Source: Oopsacas minuta | Taxonomy: Eukaryota > Animalia > Porifera | Assembly (NCBI GenBank): GCA_024704765.1 | Contig: JAKMXF010000327.1 | Location: 1-64,000 of the forward strand | Length of the DNA: 64,000 nt | Direction: 5' to 3' | Shown here: one piece after another, positions 1 to 11,859 of the stretch | Position numbering within the stretch: the stretch's first letter is position 1 | Layout: every line of letters begins with the position of its first letter | Notes under the pieces: model-generated | What the model was told of the DNA's origin: nothing | The model's database searches: none | The model's input: the letters and a program-made list of their open reading frames with translations, nothing else | Program-made: the position numbers and the translations under genes

Positions 1-1940
1 AAATAATTTCGGCACAGTAAATGAGCTCAAGATTCTTCAACAAGTATATTTATTAATCAAGCGATTACTCATATATGGCCTATTATAGCTATAAGCGATG
101 ATCTTACTATTCACATATAAATGGGAAAAATACTGGAAGAATTGACAAATCTTATTCCAATATGTAGGAGCTAATTTATTCCCGAAGATTTATGAAAAAT
201 AAATTGCAAAAATTGGACAACTTCTAGGTACTTGAAGAATATTAGATTATTTTTAGATTTACTAATTTAAATTTGAGTGAAGACAAAATGGAGCGCCGTT
301 ACTGGTGCGCTTTCCTCAAATATATGAGCGGCTTTCCAGTTTCGTTTCCTTATTTCACGAAAGAGCGACTCCAGCCTCCGCTTCTCAAAGTTTGAGCGTG
401 GACCTAGAGCGAATTCTTTTGATGCTCTGCATACATGGACCACGATGGGTAGACTTTGTGCCTTATACTGCCAGTATACGACACAAAGTGTCCGAGCGTG
501 AAGATTATGAGAGGAAACAGATACTCTTGGGTTCAACTTAGCGATTGCAAAGCTAGTACCGCAAGCAATACCAAAATTTCCACCTGTTCATTTCGACGAG
601 AGGAGATTCGTGCCAGAGGAAAGCCATTGTAGAGAACGGATGGGTATACTAACATACTATCAAAAACGGAGGTGACTGATGATAAAATAGGTAGAATACC
701 CCTCAGTAGATAATATGGAAAGTGTTCCTTTAGCTAAACAGAAAGGGAAGCGTACATCCTTCGTACGAAAAGAGCCAAATAAAATCGGCGAATGATCGTG
801 GTCCTTATGGGATTGGGTAAACTAAATACAAATTATAAGAGAATACATATACAGCGATGAAGGGTGGCTTCAATAAAAATCCCTATCCAACATCTACCGA
901 TGAGCAGTACCATTAGTGAGGTATAAATGCGCGAATCAAATTCTAATAGCCTTTTGTTTAACTAATTAGATGAAAAGTCAGGTCAACAACTCCCAGCGAC
1001 TCAAAAAAACAATGTTCCTTTTCTGATACACGTCCAAGGCGAGAAAACAAGAAATACACCCTATTGTGTGCTATTGAAAAAGATCATAGGTGTTATCGAT
1101 GATCGTAGTCTTCTCGAATAAAACTTATCTGAAATGGCCTTATCAATCTCCATTTTGAGTCTGTACATGTGCTATAACTGGTATTCAGTTGTTTATAACG
1201 TAGAACTAATTCCATTTTTCGTCTACTCACTTTGTTTATGACACTACTTAACTGGTGTATCAGGAATTGGAGAAAAATTGGGGCGTGCAGTCGAAGGTGA
1301 TAGTATGTCTGATAGACTTGAAGAATGGTCACTATACCAGAATTCCAGATCAATGTTTTTTGGAATGTCTTCTGAAATAGGAGATTCATTCCTATCAGAT
1401 GATACGATATCATATAAAATGCTGGTTCATTATCCTTCTCTGGACTAGCATGTGATCATCTATCACGAAAGGTGCCTCTCTCGAAATTCTTCTCTTCAGA
1501 ATCTCGGGTTTTTATGTATCTAATACACTTAATAGGCATTCGCGATTACTTTTCCTTGCATTGCAGAATGGGGTATGCCTTGGCCATCATTTAGGTTGTT
1601 TCTGGCTCCATAAGTTTCGTTTTCTTCCTAAACGAGTAAAATAGTAAACCAGAGGATACGTAGTACAAATAATTGGGCAATTAAATACGTATTACCAAAC
1701 TTACAGATTGCTGTGTTATCCATCCGACCATCCGCCGAAGTGTCGAGGCATTCAATCTGTGATAGTTTTTTGTAGATAATTCTGCAAAATCTCTATCAAT
1801 TTCTTGTTTTGCTAATGGGCTTGCTTGGCTAGGTATGCCATATTTCGCTCTTATCTTTCCAGCACACTCCTTAAATGAATATCCCCCAATGACATTCATT
1901 TTCCATTCCAGGTGAATGTTGCACCTATTGCTTCGCCAGT

Positions 1941-2098
1941 NNNNNNNNNNNNNNNNNNNNNNNNNNNNNNNNNNNNNNNNNNNNNNNNNNNNNNNNNNNN
2001 NNNNNNNNNNNNNNNNNNNNNNNNNNNNNNNNNNNNNNNNNNNNNNNNNNNNNNNNNNNNNNNNNNNNNNNNNNNNNNNNNNNNNNNNNNNNNNNNNN
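1941..2098. other. Assembly gap (run of N); further single-N joins at 13855, 15556 and 22055
   Basis: N characters in the sequence. ORF-track entries spanning this run are artefacts. Confidence 0.99.
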
Positions 2099-2329
2099 CT
2101 TCGAGCATGCTCTAGATTTGTGTAAATTTATATGAGCATGCTCTGTGAACTTTTGGTTACCTCGAATTTGAAGAAGGAATAAGACCTTAAATATTCAACA
2201 TAGGAATAAGACCTAAAATAATTCTGAATTGGTAATCCAAATAGTGTACAAATTGCTGATATTGCCCGCTAAGACCAATCTAGGCGGATAATCCAAAAAT
2301 GTCCTTTCCAAAACATTCTTATTGACTGT

Positions 2330-2780
2330 GCAGTGGGACATATTATGTGGCAAAGGTTAATGTATGGTAATAAGGGGAATAATATTGTGTTTCGATTTGG
2401 GAAATATATAAGGTGCTACTGAGCAACAAATGTTGCAATTGATACATAAAACGTGCTATCGAGGCATCTAATACAAACGGTACATTTATGGTGTCATTGT
2501 GCAATTATAGTGATAAAGGGACTTATAAAGTGTTTCGTTTTGTGAAATATATGGTGCTCTCGGAACATAAATGGAGCTATTGAGACATACGTATATGGTG
2601 ATATGGGGAATACTAAGTGCTATATGGACAAATGATGTTTTGGGTGGAGAGTAATGTTGCTGTAATACATCTACGGCACATACGGGACATAAAGTGTCTC
2701 CATTGGGATGCTAAGGAGCAATTTGGACATATTAAATGCATTTTGGCCATATAAAGTGCAAATGGGACATATAAGGCGTA
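2330..2780 (+). repeat. Degenerate ~20-bp tandem array (consensus ~AAGGTGCTATTGGGACATAT), block 1
   Basis: Recurrent GGTGCTAT/GGGACAT units, plus a higher-order TGTTTCGTTTTGTGAAATATA motif at ~2385 and ~2530. Confidence 0.75.
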
Positions 2781-3254
2781 GTGTTGGTGTTAAAGTGACA
2801 ATATTTGCTGGCTGTGTTCATCTGGTGCTCCATGTAATTGAATATCAGGTGCTATTAGAACGAGTGGTCTGATTTTGTACAAGGATATTACCCGAATCTG
2901 TCCTACAACCAAACTGTTCAGGATCTGTGTTTGATTAATCCGTGTTAGGAAACAAAGCGCAAAAAATAAACAAAAACAAACAAAACATACACCAAAAACT
3001 GACACACACAATCCTCGACATGCACAAGCACGTAAAAACAAACCCTCGGGTCAAATACAACGATAGATATTACGAATAAAACTCCAGATCCATAAGGTAG
3101 CAAACTAAATTCCTAATCCCCTCACAATGGTCTTGGAGCGACTGATATTGGTAATAATAAACAACTCACAATATAGACATTTCAATTGAATCTAATTTAC
3201 CGTAGGAAAGATTCCGAACTCATGCGTAGGACAGATTCAGCTTTCCCATTGGAA

Positions 3255-3480
3255 CGTATTAAGTGCTATTGGAACATATAAGGTGATATTAGAACGTATT
3301 TAGTAATATTCCGACATATCAGATGCTAACGTGACATTAATGGTGCTATTGTGACATCATAGTGCTGGTGGGACTAATTAGGTGCTTCATTTATATGAAT
3401 ATATTGTGCTATCGTAACATATGCATCTCTATCAGGACACATAGGGTGCTATCCGAATATTAATGGTTATATTTGTCCAT
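3255..3480 (+). repeat. Degenerate ~20-bp tandem array, block 2
   Basis: Units such as AAGTGCTATTGGAACATAT and TGGTGCTATTGTGACATCA. Confidence 0.7.
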
Positions 3481-3880
3481 TTGATGAAGTGTCCCGCAAG
3501 CTTCTTCTTTTCGGTCGCATGTGACGGCAATGTCATTATTTGCGGTCGGAACAGGTTTTGATTCAAGAAAATTGTACTTAATTAAGTACAGTTTCCTGAA
3601 TACTTGTACTTGTAATTAAGTACGTTGCTAAAGTATTTGAAATTTGGAGTACTTTTCTAGTACAGCCACTTTTCATTGGTCATCAAAACTCAATTACACA
3701 TTCTTGCTAAAAAAATAGCATGTCAAGTATTGAATCAAATTGCACACATTTAGGTTTCTCTACAATTGTCATTATATGCAATCAATGTACAACCACATAT
3801 ACGTTGTACTAATTTTCAGTCCAAAATTGTTTTTGTAATACAGGTAAATCCCAGAGATATAGCATCAGTGGTAGAATTAG

Positions 3881-4368
3881 TGCCGTATCCCAGTTTGCCG
3901 TATCTCGGAGGTTGCCGTTTCTCGGATGTTGCAGTATTTCAGAGGTTGCTATATCTCAGAGAATGCTATTATTCACCCATAATATTGAATATACTTTATA
4001 GAACTATAAAAGATACATATATTGATATTAATAAGTCTAATTGTGACTAAATAAATCATTTGGTGTTGACTGGCACAACCACTTGTGCTTAAATTTGACG
4101 AAATAATCCATCAAGGTTGCTATAACTGTCAACCTCCGAGAGACGGCATTCATTGGGAGAATAATTTTTGTGCCGTATCTGGAGGTATTTAGCATTAAAA
4201 CTTTCATTCAGGAGTTCATTTAATTGCCCCACCTCAGAGGTTGTCGCATCTCGGTAGTGTTTTCTCTCAGAGGTTCGAAAGTCTATTTGTATAGGAAAAA
4301 AAAAAAAAAATCAATGAAATAGGGTGATGCCGTATCTCGGAGGTGCCTGTTTTGGGAGGTTTATCAGT
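3881..4368. mobile_element. Non-autonomous DNA-element remnant with repeated GCCGTATCTCGGAGGT motif, embedded in a TACTTGTACTT-rich repeat (3556-4592)
   Basis: Motif copies at ~3881, 3897, 4171 and 4328. TACTTGTACT/AAGTAC repeats lie on both sides. Confidence 0.4.
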
Positions 4369-5229
4369 ATTTTCGAACTAATCACATGTCTAGTAGAAAG
4401 CTTCCGAAGGATATTAAACAACTTTGATATATTTATCTAATCTTAGAAAAATATATGAAATTGAATTTGTTAAAGAAATTACTTGTACTTGTATCTATAA
4501 TTAAGTACTTTAAACTTCATCTGCACTTGTACTTGAATATTTGAGAAGTAATTGTATTTGTACTTAAGTATTTGTAATAGTACTTGAACCTAACAAAGAG
4601 CAGGAAAATCTTTCCACGGACGATAACTTTGATAGAATACTTTGATTCAAGTTGTATCATTAATTTTGGGAGTTTCTGTATAGTTCATTTCTATTCAGAT
4701 CCTAGTAATTCAAACTGGATTGAATTGTATTATTGCAATTCATTCAAATATAATTCCAATTTTATCAAATAATTCTGGTTATAAGTAGTTCGTAGACCAG
4801 GCTTACACATTCGGTGTGAATAATTCACTAACACATGTTGGCAATATGTGAGGAAAAACTTTGTCATTAATAACGACGAGACACACCTCTTGTTCGCGAT
4901 GCTTGGCTTTCGATAGCTTTGCGTCCACAGGAGCGGAGTAATTGAAAATGTAATATTCAGATTCAACATAGTAAATTACACTAATTAGCGATTGAGATCA
5001 AGTCCAATCTCTACAAAAAATATATATTCCTGGATTTGATTTACTTTATTCCATAAATTTGAGACATGGAATATTTTCGAAATTGTTTGGATTAAACATT
5101 GAAGAAAACATACACTCACCTTAGCAACGAACAACCAAAAAAGAAAAACAACAGTGATTCAATAATAAATTTTATTGCTGCCGGGACAGATGTGTGAGTA
5201 TAGAAATGGAAACTTTAAACGTTTACGGA

Positions 5230-6230
5230 ACATTGATTGATGATGTTATGTGACTCTATTGCCCCAAAGGAGATATATGGTGTTTCGTTTTCGGAAACAT
5301 ATGCTGCTCTTGGTACATTTATGCTGCTAAAGTGACATCATAGGGCTAACAGGACTCATATTTTTTGAATATATGGTGCTATCGGAACATAGCCTATTGC
5401 ACTTATCGTGATACATTAAGCTGTATTGAGACATATAAGGAACTAATGGTATATGTAAGGTGCTATCTGGACAAATTACGTGAAATTAGGTCATATTAGA
5501 AGCTAACGGAACATGTATATGTCCCAATGGAACCATATATATCCAATATGCTACTTAGATTTATAATACCACCAAAACTGTCCAGTTATCCGAATATAAG
5601 CGAAGTGTTACATTGGTAACAAAAAGGAACTCGTTAATTTTACCACTTCGTTTTAACCAATTCCAGCACTCCAATCAAGATTCAGCACCTTATTGACATC
5701 ATAAATCACACATTTTCCTGGCCTTATTCGGTTAGAAGATTATCTGTCCCAATAGCTACATTTATGGTCCGATAACACCATATATTTCTCAAACCAAGTT
5801 CCATATATGCTTGTTATCACAATTTATTCACAAAGCACCATTAATGTCCCGTTAGTACATTAGACTTCTTGATGACACCTATATGTACCAATAGTACCTT
5901 AGGTTTCATAGAAACGAAGCGTAATGTATGTCTCTGTAGAACCATAATATCACAATAGTACCATTAATTTCTCTTTAGCACCATATTTGTTGCATTTTGC
6001 AAATCTAAACACAGGATATGTCCAGTTACCACCATAATTTCACTTTAGGAGCATTAATCTTCTGTCACTACCCTTGATATCCCGATAGCACCATATATTC
6101 AGAAATCGATGCACCAGAAAAGTCCCTTTAGTAACAAAATGTCACAGTAGCATCATCTATGTCTCATTAGCACCCTGAAATTCCAATAGCACCTAATAAC
6201 TTCCATAGCACCGTGACCTTCGATATATAA
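5230..6230. repeat. Degenerate 20-bp array, block 3, switching from + to - orientation at ~5520
   Basis: GGTGCTAT units up to ~5510, then ATAGCACC/ATGTCCC units. The - orientation resumes at 7320-7425 and 8780-8960. Confidence 0.75.
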
Positions 6231-6259
6231 GGCCACGCCAATGAACATAATTTCATAGG

Positions 6260-7259
6260 CCATGGGTTACTTCAGCCCATTATATTTTTCAGGCAACAAT
6301 ATTTTTACGATAATAGAAATTGGCGCATTCGGCCCGAATAAACTTACTATCGTTAGTTAATAATTAGCACAAGCTATGTCATCTGACGAGTACCAGGTCG
6401 AAATGACGTCATCTGATTGACTCAAACGATATATAGTGAAATTGTGCGATCTTCCAAGCTCTGTCAAATGAATGATATGTATCTCTCCCTCGACTCTAGA
6501 ATTAGCACAAATAGATCTAAGGATGTTTTCATAAAAATATCAAAAGATTTCCATAATAAAGTTCTAAGGTTCCAGGATTATAGTATGAACCATGGATGAC
6601 ACAGTTCTGCAATTATTCATCTATAACTTGACAACCTTTGATGTTTGCCTAGTCATCTTGCAAACATTTCATACATACCCGACTTCTTATACCCTGATAA
6701 TACATCTTGATTAATGTGCCCAAGGATTATTGCACAATCATCAATAATACCATATATGGTCATATTCAAATTTGCATCATAATTGTTAGAGATATCATAT
6801 CAACATATATTATCAGGGTATGAGAAGTTTGGTAAATACCTTTTGTTTGCGAGATAATTGGCCATAAGAATATAGGTTGTCAAGTCATAAGGGAATATTT
6901 GCAGAAATGTGTCATCAATGGTCACTGCTAAAATTCTGGAACCTGAGAATTTTATTTTGGAAATACTTTGATATATTGTATGAAAACATCCTTGGATCTA
7001 TTGGTGTCATTTCTAGAGTCGAAGAAGCGATATATTTATCATTTGGCAGAGCTTGAGAAATGGCGAATTTTTCACACAACATATTCCCGTTTTAGCCAAA
7101 CAGATGACGCCATTACGTCCTCGGGCTCATCGGATGACATAGCTTGTGCATATTATTTACTAACAAAAATACATATATTCGGGCCAAAAAGCACCAATTT
7201 TGTATTATCGTGATATTATTATTGCCTATCAAATGTAATGGACTTCAAGTAATCCGTGG
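6260..7259. mobile_element. ~1-kb foldback/MITE element with ~450-bp diverged inverted arms
   Basis: Left GCACAAGCTATGTCATCTGA pairs with right TCGGATGACATAGCTTGTGC. GATCTAAGGATGTTTTCATA pairs with TATGAAAACATCCTTGGATC. ATACCCTGATAATA pairs with TATTATCAGGGTAT. A second copy of the arm lies at ~14545-14760. Confidence 0.75.
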
Positions 7260-7425
7260 TTTCGAATAGTAGTAAGGACTTATATAACGAAGGTCAAGCA
7301 TAGTACATATGTTCAAAAAATATAGCACCATAATTCCCGTCACACTATTATGTTACAAAGCACCACTAATGTCCTGGTTAGACATTAGATGCCCCGCAAG
7401 CACTTAGAATTCCGTTAGCACCTTA

Positions 7426-8774
7426 CAGGGTGTTAAGAAATTGATGCCCTCCCTATCTCTCGAGATCTAATGCTACCATAGTATTTTTACATTGCTAAAT
7501 ATCTAGCTTTTCACTTGATTTGTACTTTAATATACCAGGAGTTATATTTAGTAGGTAGCTTTTCCTAGTTCATTAACTTTTTGTGCATATTTTGACCCAA
7601 TCTTCTATTGTCTTCACAATTAGTTAATACCATGGTCAAAGAAGCTAGTCTAGCAGTGCGTAATCAAGCAATAGGCATGTTAAAAGCCGGGCAGACGCAG
7701 AAAAGTGTCGCAATACATTTTGGCACAAATGTACGTACCGTTCGTCGGTGGTGGTTGAGGGCATATTGTGGAAACAGCCTCGAGAATAGGCAAGGCCGAG
7801 GAAGAAAACCGGCGATAGGAAAAGTACCGAAAATAGTTATTGCTAAAACATTAGGGAAAAAGATGAAATCAACTCGCAAAATATCCCAGCTCTTAAAGTC
7901 TAAGGGTTTTCAACTTTCCCATGTAACTGTGCATACATATTTGCGGAAAAATCTAGGTGTAAAGCCGTATAAGCCACAGTTACAGCCCAAATTGACCGAA
8001 AAACATAAATTCGCTCGATTAACCTTCTGTTTGGCACGAAAAAATTGGTCAATTAATGATTGGCGCAATGTACTTTTCTCTGATGAATCTCCATTTGAGT
8101 TGTACCATTCACCGAATCGGCAGAACGACAGAGTTTGGTTAGCAGACAGAGAAAAAGTTGTACCTACGGAAAAAGTGAAGTTTCCTGGAAAATTGCAGGT
8201 TTGGGGCATGATGTCCTATAATGGCCTATCAAACCTTCACATAATCCCTAGTGGGCAGACAGTAACAACAATATACAATCTAGAAGAGGTTCTGAAGAAG
8301 ACGATGATGTCTGCAATGCATCGAGATAGAGATACAGGTGCAGTAACTGAGAGGAAATTATTGTCGGACATGTGGGCTGCCATTTTTCAACAGGATGGTG
8401 CCCCGGCACACACGTCCAAAAAAACACAGGAATGGCTAGGAGAGAACTTTCAAAACTTCTGGCCCAAAGGTATTTGGCCTGCCAACTCCCCTGACCTGAG
8501 TCCTATAGAGAATCTATGGTCAATAATCCAAACCGCCATCAATTCTTTTCAGCCGGCAACAAATCTAAAAACGCCCGAAAAACAACTAATTTCAGCTTGG
8601 AGACATATTTCACCTGAAGTTTTGGACAAATTGATAGCCAGTATGCCAGATCGGATAAGTAAATGTATACAACTAAAGGGTGGATATATTGGGAAATAAA
8701 TGTATGTGTTTAGAGATTATTTATAGACTAATCATTGAGTTAGTATTAGAGGGCATCAATTTCTTAACACCCTG
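7426..8774 (+). mobile_element. Tc1/mariner-superfamily transposon, DD37E type, full length (1349 bp)
   Basis: Perfect 26-bp TIRs CAGGGTGTTAAGAAATTGATGCCCTC, TA on both flanks, and a single transposase ORF. Confidence 0.95.
7632..8699 (+). CDS. DD37E Tc1-like transposase (first ATG at 7632; ORF track starts at upstream TTG 7608)
   Basis: HTH N-terminus with GRGRKP. Catalytic motifs FSDES, FQQDGAPAH and WPANSPDLSPIENLW, with 37 residues between the second D and E (counted). Confidence 0.93.
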   Translation: MVKEASLAVRNQAIGMLKAGQTQKSVAIHFGTNVRTVRRWWLRAYCGNSLENRQGRGRKPAIGKVPKIVIAKTLGKKMKSTRKISQLLKSKGFQLSHVTVHTYLRKNLGVKPYKPQLQPKLTEKHKFARLTFCLARKNWSINDWRNVLFSDESPFELYHSPNRQNDRVWLADREKVVPTEKVKFPGKLQVWGMMSYNGLSNLHIIPSGQTVTTIYNLEEVLKKTMMSAMHRDRDTGAVTERKLLSDMWAAIFQQDGAPAHTSKKTQEWLGENFQNFWPKGIWPANSPDLSPIENLWSIIQTAINSFQPATNLKTPEKQLISAWRHISPEVLDKLIASMPDRISKCIQLKGGYIGK

Positions 8775-9274
8775 TATGTCCGATGCATATATATTTTCAA
8801 ATAGCATCTAATATTTCAAAGAAACGAAGTTCAATTTATGTCACTTTAGCAAACTTGATTGCCAAATAGCACCATTAATGAACTGTTAGCACTTTATGAG
8901 ACCCAATAGAACAAAATATCGAACGATAGTTCCTTAAGGTGCTAACGGGACATATTGTTGCATCTTTGCCAGTAATGGGACCATTGTTGTAGTGCCATCT
9001 GGCCCTCTCCTAATTTCGTTCCCCGCACTTCTGGAACTAGGATCAATAGTCCTCCCTTTGGGTCAGATGTACCCCCAGGACTTGTGGCACTAGGGCAAGG
9101 CGTCCCTGTACCAGTTAGATTTACCCAAAATAACCTAGATATTATGTTATATTCTAATGAACACTAGTATATATTACAACCAGTCAGTGTTGAATGTTAT
9201 CGTAAGTTTCAATCTAGATTTATCACGTAAATATCCCTGTGGCATTTTATAACATCAACCACAACAAAAATATA

Positions 9275-9543
9275 CAGTGGCGTTTCTAGGCTTTTGATTA
9301 GGAGTGTGCTAATTTATATGGGTTGACATTGAGATTAAAAAGATCTCGTCAGACTATATTCACTATAATAGTACTTCTCCATTAATGAAGATCAGGGAAG
9401 CACTTGATTTGATTGTCGGAACCACAAAATCCTTGATTTTAGACAACAATCTCTGTCTTAATCATTATCAATTACTATCATTGTTATTCAAGGGGTGTGT
9501 TCGAGCACCAATTCCGCGCTCCTGGATAGTGGATATGCCACTA
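9275..9543. mobile_element. MITE of the CAGTGGCG...GCCACTG family (degenerate)
   Basis: Starts CAGTGGCGTTTCTAGG and ends GATATGCCACTA. Related ends are seen at 53294-54125. Confidence 0.4.
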
Positions 9544-10298
9544 AGTATGTACAGTTGAAACCGGTGTCATAGTGCCACAAGTCCGGGGGATTCCTTGCCT
9601 TAGTGCCAGAAGCCAGAAGGGACAACCCACCAGGGGGGACAGCTAACCCTCTCACATCGTGTTGGTGGTAAGGTTACATTACTGTGGTAATGGGAGGTAT
9701 AGGGACGTCGCCACGAGGGGGCAATGCCTCCTTGGTAAAATCCGTGCTCCGGGGCAATGCACCCCCGGTAAACCCGCGCCTCAGGGCATGACCCCCTTGT
9801 AGATTCGTCCCCGGGTATGCCACCGGACCCCTTGGCTTAAATTGCTAGCTGTAAAATTTCTGCTCACTCCGCTCGCTCTTACGCTCAATGTTATTTAATC
9901 TAACCGATAAATAAAGGATATAGCTTGTATTGATCTACCGAACTAGGTAATATTTGTGAGTCTTTATACCCTGAGCAAATGCAGTGTTTTCCCCAGGCCG
10001 TTTTGGCCTACTGGGCCGGCATCCCTTCAGTTGTTAAACAAATACAAGCACCCATTTCAATCCTGGGCCACTATACTAAAATATAGTGGGTACAGTAAAA
10101 AGTAGAATTGAGCATACAAGTCATAATATCAAGGATTATCGTACGATTTTTTCGTTCGATGCCTCATTGATATAATAATTATTAATAACTTCTCGTTGTT
10201 TGTTGAAAGATAACTGTATATTCCTAAAATATAACTGAGAAATTGTTTCAAGATTCAAACTTAAGTGGCAGTACAAGGTGAATAATGTAGTAGCTATA

Positions 10299-11610
10299 CA
10301 GGGTGTCTAATAAGTTCTGTTATATATCAATTCCCCAATAATTTCAAATTTATCCATTGTAAAGCCATGAAACTTTCTATTTTCTTAGGACTTATGTTCC
10401 TAATTACAAATTACAAATATCATTCAATATAGCCTCCCTTTTTATGAATTACGGAAGTTAGTCTGCTTCGAAACTGATGGACAGCTTTTCGCAGCTCCTC
10501 CTGTGGGATTTTCTGCCATTCACTCAACAAACTAACTTTGAGGGACTCCAAACTCTTGTGAGATTTCGCACAGGCCCTGCTCTCCAAGTTTGCCCAAACA
10601 GAATAGTCGAGTGGGTTTAAATCTGGGCTTGATGGTGGCCATTCATCCTTACTTATGAAATCGATATTTTGCTCACGGAACCAACTCTGGGATACTTTTG
10701 AAGCATGTGCAGGCGCAGAGTCTTGTTGGTAAGTCCAAGGATGGTTTTGAAAGAGCTTCTCACCCGCAGACGCAATTTCAGGCTCCAAGACCAGTTCTCT
10801 GTACGTCTGGGAGTTTATTTTCATTCCTTGGGGGACAAAAATCAGGTTTGTCCGTGAGTCTGCCGACACTCCCGCCCATACCATCAGAGAAAGAGGCTTC
10901 TGGACTCTATCAATGCACTTGATGCTATCTGGGATATCCTGACTTCGAGAAGCAAGTATACGGTCGTTTTGACGATTGCTTGCCTCCTCAACGGTGAACA
11001 GCTTCTCATCTGAGAAGAGAATCTGATCTTCAGTCCCAGGAGCGAATCGGGCTTTTAGTTGTATGCATCTTTCGAGTCGCTTACGACGTATGGAGTCGTT
11101 AAGATGATGTACGTTTTTCCGCTTATAGGACTTCATTCCTAGGTCCTCTACAACCAATTTCCGCATCGTTTCGTGATTGACACAGAATTCACGAGACATT
11201 TTTCGCATTGAACGCCGGGGATTTCTTAGGATTCGACATCTAACACTATTCTTCAGGGCTGGTGTGCGGGCGGATCTTGGACGACCAATTCGTTTCCTGT
11301 CGGACACGCTGCCAGTCTCTATATATCGTTTTATTGTGCGATAGATCAACATGGGATTCACTTTATCATTTTTTAGCCTTTTTAGAATTTCACTATTGCT
11401 AAATCCAGATTCGTGAAAAGTGACAATTTTTGAACGAATTTCTTCTAACATGATTTTCTGGGAAATCATCAACTTGAATGATATATACTTGGTATAATTT
11501 GAAAGAGCGCCAAAAATGCTACAAGAAATTCTAGAAGATTACTTCATAAGTATATTAATAGCTACTGTCTAAGGCGCGAAAATGTATAACAGAACTTATT
11601 AGACACCCTG
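10299..11610 (-). mobile_element. maT-type (DD37D) Tc1/mariner transposon, full length (1312 bp)
   Basis: Perfect 26-bp TIRs CAGGGTGTCTAATAAGTTCTGTTATA with TA TSD. The reconstructed empty site AGCTATATAGCT is a 12-bp palindrome. Confidence 0.95.
10420..11469 (-). CDS. DD37D (maT) transposase, ~349 aa
   Basis: GRPR AT-hook-like motif. Catalytic motifs LFSDEKLF, YQQDSAPAH and WPPSSPDLNPLDYSVW, with 37 residues between the second and third D (counted). Confidence 0.93.
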   Translation of the reverse strand: MISQKIMLEEIRSKIVTFHESGFSNSEILKRLKNDKVNPMLIYRTIKRYIETGSVSDRKRIGRPRSARTPALKNSVRCRILRNPRRSMRKMSREFCVNHETMRKLVVEDLGMKSYKRKNVHHLNDSIRRKRLERCIQLKARFAPGTEDQILFSDEKLFTVEEASNRQNDRILASRSQDIPDSIKCIDRVQKPLSLMVWAGVSADSRTNLIFVPQGMKINSQTYRELVLEPEIASAGEKLFQNHPWTYQQDSAPAHASKVSQSWFREQNIDFISKDEWPPSSPDLNPLDYSVWANLESRACAKSHKSLESLKVSLLSEWQKIPQEELRKAVHQFRSRLTSVIHKKGGYIE

Positions 11611-11859
11611 TATAGCTTATTGTTCAAGGGTTACGCCTCGTCACGACTAAAAGACCTACAGTCCCCAGACCCCCAGCTGCAGTAGTGTCGTGCATATGTG
11701 ACATCATTACTCGACGAAAAAAAACTTTCTGGGGTAATTGCAGACCATACGTTATTTCTTTCAATTGTTTGACTCTTGGACCTTACCGAATGTTTACCGC
11801 GCCCATAGGCTTTGAAATCTGGCATCTAATTGCTAAATCGAAATTAACAGCGCTTTGAG

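Noticed and set aside
267-620. GC-richer ORFs; RRLESLFREIRKR vaguely recalls Mutator/IS256 motifs
   Set aside because: The match is too short, and no catalytic triad or TIR was found.
1093-1899. ORF fragments next to the gap, possibly transposase-derived
   Set aside because: No recognisable motif; they cannot be assigned.
1896-2125. Three ORF-track entries made of X
   Set aside because: They span the N-gap and are artefacts.
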